DNA of 59,622 nucleotides from Puniceicoccales bacterium (GTDB lineage Bacteria; Verrucomicrobiota; Verrucomicrobiia; Opitutales; JAIRKQ01): NCBI GenBank assembly GCA_031260055.1, contig JAIRKQ010000030.1, positions 1 to 59,622 of the forward strand, read 5' to 3'. Shown piece by piece: positions 50,793 to 58,963 of this stretch (position 1 is its first letter; each line of letters starts with the position of its first letter). The notes under the pieces were generated by a model. It saw only the letters and a program-made list of their open reading frames with translations, ran no database searches and was not told where the DNA came from. The position numbers and the translations under genes were made by a program.

Positions 50793-51483
50793 TTATTTTT
50801 CCCATTCTCCTTTCCCGGGTACCATAATCTTCGATGGCCAACAAAAACTCCTCTTCATTGAAGTCAGGCCAATGAGTTTTGGTAAAGTACAACTCCGCAT
50901 AGGCCGATTGCAATAATAAAAAATTGCTCAACCGCTGTTCTCCAGATGTTCGAATGATCAGGTCGGGATCCGGCAAATCCTTCGTGTAAAGATATTGTTC
51001 AAAATCTTCCCATGTCAAATTTTCTGCATTTGCATCTTTATTTTTCAAAAGATTTCTCATGGCTTCAATGACCTCACTGCGTGCTCCATAGTTTAGTGCT
51101 ATGGTAAGATGGAATCTGTCAAAATGTGCCGTGCTCTGGGTTAATTTTTCAATCGCAAGCTGGAGGCTGATGGGTAACTGCGATAGGTTTCCTATGGCTC
51201 GAAAACGTATTTCCTTTTCACAAAGAGTTTTTCGATATTTTTGCAAAAATTTTTCAAACAAATCCATTAAAAACTTTACTTCTGATTCCGGCCTTAAAAA
51301 ATTTTCCGACGAAAAAGCAAAAAATGTCGCATATTTAATTCCATTCTTTTCCGCAATGCGCAAAATTTTTTTTATCACCGAGGCTCCTCGCCTATGCCCG
51401 TCATGGCGAGGCAACCCATGTGCTTGCGCCCAACGACCATTCCCATCCATGATAAAAGCAACGTGCGCGGGAATACGACTCAT
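50773..51483 (-). CDS. uppS: Undecaprenyl diphosphate synthase
   Basis: HVAFIMDGNGRWA, FSSEN, NYGARSE and PDLIIRTSGEQRLSNFLL. Confidence 0.97.
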   Translation of the reverse strand: MSRIPAHVAFIMDGNGRWAQAHGLPRHDGHRRGASVIKKILRIAEKNGIKYATFFAFSSENFLRPESEVKFLMDLFEKFLQKYRKTLCEKEIRFRAIGNLSQLPISLQLAIEKLTQSTAHFDRFHLTIALNYGARSEVIEAMRNLLKNKDANAENLTWEDFEQYLYTKDLPDPDLIIRTSGEQRLSNFLLLQSAYAELYFTKTHWPDFNEEEFLLAIEDYGTRERRMGKINDKPND

Positions 51484-51589
51484 AGGCCCGCATATGTATA
51501 AGTTTAGGGCCAATAATCAAGTTTCTTGTGGATTCTCGGGAAATATGTTCGTAACCAATATTTCATTTTTCATTCCCGCACATCGGGTT

Positions 51590-53170
51590 TTAGCCAATAA
51601 TTAGGGAAGTTCCTGCCATTTCGCTGGGTTGGGAAAGTTGCATCATTTGCAATAGGGTGGGAGCAATATCGCACAGTGCACCGGAAGGCTTTAGTTTGGA
51701 ATTTTTAAACTTTTCACCATACAGTATCACTTCGACGGGATTTGTGGTATGCTGCGTAAATGGCATATCCGTATTCACATCTACCATTTTTTCTAAATTT
51801 CCATGGTCGGCGGTGACCAATGCGTTGCCACCTACAACATCGATGGCAGAAAGTAATTCTTTCAGGCAGGCATCGACGACCTCAGCAGCCTTTTGACCCG
51901 CTTCCATGTTGCCCGTATGTCCAACCATGTCAGGGTTTGCAAAATTCACAACGATGAAGGAATATTTTTTGCTTAAAATGGCATTTTTAACTTCATCTTT
52001 TACCGCAAATGCGCTCATTTCAGGGCGTTGGTCATAGGTTTCGATATCCGTTGGGCTTGGAATTAATTTTCGATCTTCACCGGCGAATGGTTCTTCGCGA
52101 TAGTCATTGAAAAAAAATGTCACATGGGCATACTTTTCGGTTTCAGCGCATCTAAATTGCCTCAGCCCAAGCTGACTGATATAATTTCCGAGGATGTTTT
52201 GCATCTTAGCAGGGCGTTTGAAAATGACGTTTTCACAAAGACCAACCTCATATTCGGTCAGCGTTGCATAGTATAATTTTAGCAATTTTTTTCTCGGAAA
52301 GCCGGTGAAATCAGCATGTGTAAATGCCTTCGTAATTTCCCTTGGTCGGTCTCCCCGGAAATTGAAAAATAGTATACTGTCATTGTCTTCGATTTTTCCG
52401 AAAAAATTCCCTTGCCCATCCACAATTTGAGTTGGCAAAACAAACTCATCGCCAACCTGATTGTCCGATCTAGGGTGGTCATAGTAGTGTTGTATGGCCT
52501 CTTTGGGAGATTGAAATTGTGAAAAGTTTTTTTCTCCAACCATGCAATTGTATGCTTCCTGGACACGGTTCCAACGGTTATCACGATCCATGGCCCAAAA
52601 TCTACCAATGACGGTTGCAATTTTGCCAATTCCGATCGACTGACATTTATTTTCAATTTCTTCCAGGTACTTTATGCCACTATCCTTCGCCGTATCACGT
52701 CCATCGCCGATAAAATGGATGAAAACCTTCCTTGCTTCTGCATTTTTGGCGAACCGCAAAATCGCATATAAATGCCTCATAACAGAGTGGACCCCACCAT
52801 CGGAGCATAGTCCGATCAGATGTAATTTGGAACCATGCAATTTGACGTTTTTTATTGCATTTTGGAATACTGTATTGTTTTCAAACTCGCTGTTTGCTAT
52901 CGCTTTGTCAATTCTGACAATTTCTTGGTCTACGATCCTGCCTGCACCAATGTTTTGGTGGCCAACTTCGCTATTACCCATGATACCTTCTGGAAGGCCG
53001 ACAGCCAGTCCGGAAGCCTCTATTTCCGTACGTGGCCAATTTTGCGATAAATGGTCAGAAAACGGGGTATTTGCCCTCAAAATTGCATTACAAAAATCTT
53101 CCTTCCTGTTATGGTTACAACCCCAGCCATCCCGAATGATTAAAACAGTAGGAATTATATCACCTGCCAT
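51590..53170 (-). CDS. gpmI: 2,3-bisphosphoglycerate-independent phosphoglycerate mutase
   Basis: DGWG, GNSEVGH, SDGGVHS, DGRDT, AETEKYAHVTFF, NFANPDMVGHTG and TADHGN. Confidence 0.97.
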   Translation of the reverse strand: MAGDIIPTVLIIRDGWGCNHNRKEDFCNAILRANTPFSDHLSQNWPRTEIEASGLAVGLPEGIMGNSEVGHQNIGAGRIVDQEIVRIDKAIANSEFENNTVFQNAIKNVKLHGSKLHLIGLCSDGGVHSVMRHLYAILRFAKNAEARKVFIHFIGDGRDTAKDSGIKYLEEIENKCQSIGIGKIATVIGRFWAMDRDNRWNRVQEAYNCMVGEKNFSQFQSPKEAIQHYYDHPRSDNQVGDEFVLPTQIVDGQGNFFGKIEDNDSILFFNFRGDRPREITKAFTHADFTGFPRKKLLKLYYATLTEYEVGLCENVIFKRPAKMQNILGNYISQLGLRQFRCAETEKYAHVTFFFNDYREEPFAGEDRKLIPSPTDIETYDQRPEMSAFAVKDEVKNAILSKKYSFIVVNFANPDMVGHTGNMEAGQKAAEVVDACLKELLSAIDVVGGNALVTADHGNLEKMVDVNTDMPFTQHTTNPVEVILYGEKFKNSKLKPSGALCDIAPTLLQMMQLSQPSEMAGTSLIIG

Positions 53171-53317
53171 GGCAATTATTAATAATAAATTTTAAAAAAT
53201 TTTCAATCCATCTGATGATTAATTATTACCCGACTGACTTTTACATCTTCAAGCGTATTTGAGCAATGCAGGAATGAAAGCGAAACGAATTCAATCATTT
53301 GATACTTTAAAACTTTT

Positions 53318-54361
53318 CTAGAGGACTTCTGCTATCAGTAAGGTTTCTGAAAATATATTACCATCTACACCTTTGACTATTTTGAACTTGTAATCTAAAT
53401 TCCAAGATTCGATGAGCGGCTTGATGTCAAAAAAATCACTTTCATTGTGGTATATGCAAATCATTAGGGCTGGTCTTTGGGACTTTATTGTTTTTTCCGC
53501 TCCTCGTAGCATATATTGTTCAAAACCTTCGATATCAGCTTTTATCAACCCAACTTGCAGGTTATTTTTTTCGACAAAGCCGTCTATAGTAGTAACTTCT
53601 ATGTCGTTTGCCGTGCTACAACCGGGCTCAATATGTCGAACAAAACTGCTACCAAATCCTTGTAAATACATACTTCGACGCTCATCTTTATCACCAACTC
53701 CTACATTTATTGGAACAACATTTTCCAGATTATTCATTTCTACCGTTTTCAAAAGCCAATTATAGATCTGGGGTACGGGTTCAAAAGCAAAAACCTTTTT
53801 GTCTGTATATTTTGAAAGAATGAGGGCCGAATCCCCAGCCCATGCTCCAGCGTCTATTATATCCTTATGTTTAATTTTAGCTGTGGTTTGTAACGCATCG
53901 ATATGCAACCTATAATAAAAAACAGATGGATCAAAATTATTCACCGGCAGAAAATATCCCATGTAGGCAAAAACATCTCCAGTTTTAATTATGTTATTTT
54001 GCATATTGACTCGTAAATCCTTGAGAATTTTCGTTTCATTTTCATCTGCTAATATTTGAACCCCATTCACCGCTCGTTGGAGACGTGAAAGTGCCTTTTG
54101 CACAACCATGATACTTTTATCGTCCAAGCCCCGTATTAATTTTAAATATCTTTCCTTAAAATTTGGTTTATCCAAAGTTTGCGCCAAGGGACAAAGAATA
54201 TTTTCCATATCACAAGCACTGGCATGCAAATAGAAATCATTTTTTTGTTCAAAGAGCATGCAACTTCGTATTTTACGTTTCAACTTTACGTAAGACTGAT
54301 AGGTCAAGCCCACAGATACACACATCAAGAAAACTATAAACAAATAGGAAAAACTTATCAC
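53318..54361 (-). CDS. FkbM family SAM-dependent methyltransferase with N-terminal TM
   Basis: IIDAGAWAGD, VFAFEP, TTID, IKADIEGFE and ICIYH. Confidence 0.9.
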   Translation of the reverse strand: MISFSYLFIVFLMCVSVGLTYQSYVKLKRKIRSCMLFEQKNDFYLHASACDMENILCPLAQTLDKPNFKERYLKLIRGLDDKSIMVVQKALSRLQRAVNGVQILADENETKILKDLRVNMQNNIIKTGDVFAYMGYFLPVNNFDPSVFYYRLHIDALQTTAKIKHKDIIDAGAWAGDSALILSKYTDKKVFAFEPVPQIYNWLLKTVEMNNLENVVPINVGVGDKDERRSMYLQGFGSSFVRHIEPGCSTANDIEVTTIDGFVEKNNLQVGLIKADIEGFEQYMLRGAEKTIKSQRPALMICIYHNESDFFDIKPLIESWNLDYKFKIVKGVDGNIFSETLLIAEVL

Positions 54362-54490
54362 GAGTTAAAAAAGGCTTATCTATACAAGAAAAGTTTTTTA
54401 TGCAAGAAAAAGTACTTGAACTATTCTCATTCATTAACCACTAAATGTTTACCTAAATAGGGTATGGGTGCAAAAATTTTTGTTAAAATC

Positions 54491-54518
54491 TTGACATTTT
54501 TGCTGGAACCCATAAACT
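54491..54518 (+). promoter_or_regulatory. Sigma70-type promoter for the 54545 gene
   Basis: TTGACA (54491-54496), 16-nt spacer, TAAACT (54513-54518). Confidence 0.5.
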
Positions 54519-54544
54519 TCATCCCATATCAGGAAATATATTTT

Positions 54545-55855
54545 ATGAGCGACATACCACCAGAGCCATCACCAGAGTCATCACCAGAGCCACCTGTTGC
54601 TCAAAGTCAGGGAGCAAGGCGTCACGTGGTTTCATTAAATCCAAAAATTGTCAAAGTTTTAAAAGAAAATTTTAATTTCAAAGTAAGCGAGACGGCTCTA
54701 GGAGAGCATGCTGTTGCTTTAGAATCTGAACCAGCAAGCCCAGCTCCAGTTCCAGCTGCTCCGGATGCTGAACCAGCTGCTCCGGATATTCCTTTTGCGG
54801 ATCTAGCCAATGAGCTCGAAGCAGGAAGGTACGAGGTTGGTATGTTTAGAAAAATTTGGATTTGGATAACAAACTTTGTTAGCGGCGATTATGACGTCGA
54901 AGTTAGAAAAGCAGCTTTTGAAAAAATTCAAAAAAAAGAAAACTTTGTAGCGGCTGCCTTTGAGTTCATTGCATTGCCGGAAAATACAGGAAACGTTGCA
55001 GAGAATGTGCGAAATTTGTTGATATTTTGCCAAACCACCGATCCCAACCTAATTATTGATGGATTTTGTGCCATACCTGGTGGTGTTGATGATAAAATTG
55101 AAATTCTTTCCATGATAGTGGAAAAATTTAGTGCGGAAGAAATCAATATCAGTGTTAAAGCTTTTTTGGAAAAGCTTTTGTCTGAAACTTTGGATAAAGT
55201 AACACTCGCCGAGGACAAAGATGCAAACGCACTATGTGAAAGGTTAGAAAATTTGCAAAAATTGTGTGATAAATGTAAAGAAAAAAGGATTTTCCTCGAG
55301 AACCCTAGAGATACGTCCTCACCAAATACTAAGCAGATAGCAATAGCTGCAGAAAAAAAACTAACTGAAATGTTGGTGACATATGTCACCAACCCCAATC
55401 TTCGGCAGAAATATCAAGATGCCTTGAAAACGATGGTTTTACTACAACACCCCTACTGTCAAAGTGACACTAGTGGAATAGAGGTTTGTCCAATAGGGAT
55501 CCAGATATGCCAGATGGTACAAATGGACGAAGATCCAAATAATTGCCTAAGCACGCGCCTAATGGAATATTTTAATTGTCAAGGGAACCCTAACCAATTT
55601 AGGGGTAAAATTTCGCCCATTCAACAAATACTGTCCGAACAGGATGTCAATTCTCTCCAACGGAGAGCCAATTTTATACAATTTTTAAAGGACAATCCTG
55701 ACATTAGGAAAGCGTTCCAACAAATGAAAGATAAATTTCCGCCTGATAGTGTTTTTTTTCCGTTCGAAATATTTGCGTATATATTTAATTTTCACGGAGG
55801 AGATCCGTTTTATAATTTCGTGGATGAATCTCTGCAAGGAGTTAATAGCAACTAA
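54545..55855 (+). CDS. Unknown helical protein with Pro-rich N-terminus (intact family member)
   Basis: ATG 54545 (MSDIPPEPSPESSPEPP); strong by-eye homology to 19918-21182. Confidence 0.85.
   Translation: MSDIPPEPSPESSPEPPVAQSQGARRHVVSLNPKIVKVLKENFNFKVSETALGEHAVALESEPASPAPVPAAPDAEPAAPDIPFADLANELEAGRYEVGMFRKIWIWITNFVSGDYDVEVRKAAFEKIQKKENFVAAAFEFIALPENTGNVAENVRNLLIFCQTTDPNLIIDGFCAIPGGVDDKIEILSMIVEKFSAEEINISVKAFLEKLLSETLDKVTLAEDKDANALCERLENLQKLCDKCKEKRIFLENPRDTSSPNTKQIAIAAEKKLTEMLVTYVTNPNLRQKYQDALKTMVLLQHPYCQSDTSGIEVCPIGIQICQMVQMDEDPNNCLSTRLMEYFNCQGNPNQFRGKISPIQQILSEQDVNSLQRRANFIQFLKDNPDIRKAFQQMKDKFPPDSVFFPFEIFAYIFNFHGGDPFYNFVDESLQGVNSN
54558..54787 (+). repeat. Micro-repeats in the N-terminus of the 54545 gene
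   Basis: 3 x 12 nt CACCAGAG(C/T)CA(T/C) at 54558-54593; CCAGCTGCTCCGGAT at 54752 and 54773 (21-nt period). Confidence 0.85.
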
Positions 55856-55918
55856 TGATCCTGGGCATACTCTGGTTCAAGTATTATGGCTCAAAAAATC
55901 ATTTAATAATCGATTTTC

Positions 55919-57376
55919 TTGAAAAGAAGTGCAGAATACGGAAGAATGATACCGCACAAAAAAGAAATATTAGTCCAACTCATCCGGATGTTTAATGGTC
56001 CGAATTTTTTAGAAAACACTCGACAAATTTTCCATGAACACAGGCAAGATAAGCAAGGTTTGAAAGAAATTGCAGTCTGTCGAGCCCTAGCAATGAGTAT
56101 TTTTGGCCTAGCTTTGGAAAGAGATGATGGCAAAGAACCTCTGGACCAATGTACTCAGCGTGCTCTGGAACGTGAAAAACCTTCTTTGCCACCCCTAACG
56201 GTACTCCATTGTGCATGTAATGGGTGCAGAGCCAGCCACATACACGTCACCGATCTATGTCAAAATTGTACAAAAAAACCATGCCTCGCCGCCTGTCGAT
56301 TCAACGCGATTAGCAACGATGGGAAGCGGTCGATCATTGATACAAAAAATTGTAAAAAATGCAGTGCGTGCCTACGTGCGTGCCCCTACGGTGCCATTGT
56401 TAAAACCATTGTCCCATGTGAAAATGCTTGCCCGATTGATGCCATTGCAAAGGATGAAAAGGGGCATGCGGTGATTGATTTCGCCAAATGTATCGGTTGT
56501 GGAAAGTGTATGGCTGCTTGCCCATTCGAATCCATCCAGGTCAGAAGTCAAATAATCGATGTGCTTAGGGCCATAAAATCCAAGAAAAAAGTGATAGCTT
56601 TGATGGCTCCCGCATTACTCGGACAGTTCAAATGTTCCGCAGAACAACTGCATACCGCCATGAAAAAAATTGGATTTTCTTTTGTCTACGAAGTCGCAAT
56701 TGGGGCAGAATCCACATCGTTCCATGAAGCAAAAGATCTGGAAGAACGCCTGGCTAGGGGTGAAAAATTTATGACAACATCCTGTTGTGCCGCTTACAAC
56801 AATCTCGTAAAAAAACATATTCCAGAGCTAGAACCATTCGTTTCATCCTCCGGCACACCGTTGTTTTACACGGCGGAATATGTCAGGGAGAAACATGGGG
56901 ATGGCGTTTTGGTATTTATAAGCCCGTGTCTGGCCAAATATGAAGAAGTTTTTGCGAATAAAAAGGTCGATTTTGTTCTTAGTTGTGAAGAGATTGAAGC
57001 ATTACTTGAAGCATTTTCAATTATCCCCGGCGAATGTGAAGAAGAAGCATTTCCATACCAAACAGCACAAGAAGCCAGGGAGTTCGCCACAAGTGGTGGT
57101 GTTTCCCGGGCAGTTCAAAGTGTCCTGGACCCAAATGGGAAAGAAGTAACATTTACGCCTATCAATGGATTAGATCGCGAAGTCGTAAAGGATTTGAAAC
57201 GTTTTGCCAAAGCTAGGGAATGTGAAAGAGGGACCGTATTGGAAGTAATGTCATGCCAAGGAGGATGTATTGGCGGTGGGCTGGTTTGCTGTCCGGTCGC
57301 TACTGCCCTTAGACAGGTTAAAAATTATGGGGAAAAAGGACTACCCCTATCGGATAAAAAGCCAGAAAATGCTTGA
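55919..57376 (+). CDS. Monomeric [FeFe]-hydrogenase (group B-like) with N-terminal 4Fe-4S domains
   Basis: H-cluster motifs TTSCCAAY, SPCLAKYEE and EVMSCQGGCIGG; ferredoxin motifs CQNCTKKPC, CKKCSACLRACP and CIGCGKCMAACP. Confidence 0.88.
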   Translation: MKRSAEYGRMIPHKKEILVQLIRMFNGPNFLENTRQIFHEHRQDKQGLKEIAVCRALAMSIFGLALERDDGKEPLDQCTQRALEREKPSLPPLTVLHCACNGCRASHIHVTDLCQNCTKKPCLAACRFNAISNDGKRSIIDTKNCKKCSACLRACPYGAIVKTIVPCENACPIDAIAKDEKGHAVIDFAKCIGCGKCMAACPFESIQVRSQIIDVLRAIKSKKKVIALMAPALLGQFKCSAEQLHTAMKKIGFSFVYEVAIGAESTSFHEAKDLEERLARGEKFMTTSCCAAYNNLVKKHIPELEPFVSSSGTPLFYTAEYVREKHGDGVLVFISPCLAKYEEVFANKKVDFVLSCEEIEALLEAFSIIPGECEEEAFPYQTAQEAREFATSGGVSRAVQSVLDPNGKEVTFTPINGLDREVVKDLKRFAKARECERGTVLEVMSCQGGCIGGGLVCCPVATALRQVKNYGEKGLPLSDKKPENA

Positions 57377-57477
57377 TTCGCTGATTATTTTTGGTAAAGT
57401 ATAGCCTTCCCTCATATTTGTATTTATAGGCTGAAGAATAGGAAGCAAATAGCGTGTGGTATTAAAAAAGGATAATT

Positions 57478-58806
57478 ATGGATGACTTGGACACACTCAT
57501 AGGAAGAGCAAAGGAAGCTCAAAAGGTTTATGCAAATTTTCCCCAGGAAAAAGTTGATGCAATTTTTAAGTCTGCGGCAATGGCAGCGGATGAAGCACGG
57601 GAAGAACTTGCCAAGATGGCCGTGGATGAAACGGGCATGGGCATAGTAAAGGATAAAATTTTTAAAAATCATTTCGCTGCTCACTTTATCTATGAAAAAT
57701 ATGCAACGGCAAAAACCTGTGGAATCATTTCCGAAGATAAAGCAAACCGGGTAAAGGTAGTGGTGGACCCAATTGGACTGATTGCGGGAGTTATTCCGAC
57801 CACAAATCCAACTGCCACGGCAATTTTTAAGGCATTGCTGGTTTTAAAAACGCGCAATGGGATCGTGGTATCTCCTCACCCACGGGCGAAAAAGTGTACG
57901 GCTGCAGCGGTAAAGATTGTTGCCGATGCTGCAGTTAAAGCGGGCGCTCCAAAAAATTTGTTGGCATGTCTAGGCGAACCAACTCTGGAAGCAACCACAG
58001 CTCTTATGCACCATCCATCCATTGATCTTATTTTAGCTACTGGAGGAGGTGGCATGGTGAAAGCTGCCTATGCCAGCGGAAAGCCCGCTTTAGGGGTTGG
58101 AGCAGGAAATACCCCTGCCATTATCGATGAGAATGCAAATATATCAGCGGCCGTAGAAGCCGTACTTGCTAGCAAAACATTCGACAACGGCGTTATCTGT
58201 GCCTCCGAACAATCCATCGTCGCCGTAAAAAGTGTCTACGACGATGTAAGGAAAGAACTAGCAAAACAGGGAGCCTATATTTTAAACAAAGAGGAATCGG
58301 CGACGCTCGGAAAAATTATCATCAATGAAAAGGGCCTCAATCCAGCAATTGTCGGACAGAGTGCCCAGAAGATTGGAGAATTGGCGGGTCTTAGGATTCC
58401 CGCAACGGCCCGCGTACTTGTCAGTGAAGAAAAAGTTTACGATGCCAGCAATCCCTATGCCCGGGAAAAGTTATCCTTAATTCTTTCTCTCTATGGTGCA
58501 CCGAATTTTGAACAGGCCATAGAAATTGGCCTACAACTGGTTAGCATCGGTGGATTGGGTCACACCTCTGTCCTTCACACCAATGCGAACGATCAGAGGC
58601 GCATCGATTATTTCGCCAGCAAAATGCCTACGGGCAGACTACTGATTAATTTACCTGCTTCCCAGGGAGCCATCGGATTCTCCAATAACAGCCTTACTCC
58701 GTCCTTGACCCTCGGTTGCGGCTCATGGGGGGGGAATGCCTCCAGCGAAAATATCGGCATAAAGCACCTGCTCAATTATAAAACCATTGCCGGCAAAAGG
58801 GGTTAA
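57478..58806 (+). CDS. CoA-acylating aldehyde dehydrogenase (AdhE N-terminal domain only)
   Basis: PTTNPT, ATGGGGMV, GVGAGN, KTFDNGVICASEQ and TLGCGSWG; stops at LLNYKTIAGKRG. Confidence 0.92.
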   Translation: MDDLDTLIGRAKEAQKVYANFPQEKVDAIFKSAAMAADEAREELAKMAVDETGMGIVKDKIFKNHFAAHFIYEKYATAKTCGIISEDKANRVKVVVDPIGLIAGVIPTTNPTATAIFKALLVLKTRNGIVVSPHPRAKKCTAAAVKIVADAAVKAGAPKNLLACLGEPTLEATTALMHHPSIDLILATGGGGMVKAAYASGKPALGVGAGNTPAIIDENANISAAVEAVLASKTFDNGVICASEQSIVAVKSVYDDVRKELAKQGAYILNKEESATLGKIIINEKGLNPAIVGQSAQKIGELAGLRIPATARVLVSEEKVYDASNPYAREKLSLILSLYGAPNFEQAIEIGLQLVSIGGLGHTSVLHTNANDQRRIDYFASKMPTGRLLINLPASQGAIGFSNNSLTPSLTLGCGSWGGNASSENIGIKHLLNYKTIAGKRG

Positions 58807-58963
58807 TCCCTTCATCTTCTTTCTTTGCAGAGATTTGGGACCGGCTCCAGCCCACCAATCCTAGGGGAATATTGTTCGACCGGTACCATCTATCACTTTA
58901 GAATTGACATTTGACGAAAATATGTCACGTTCCTCCCTTGCTTAATTAGAATAAGGAGGACAA

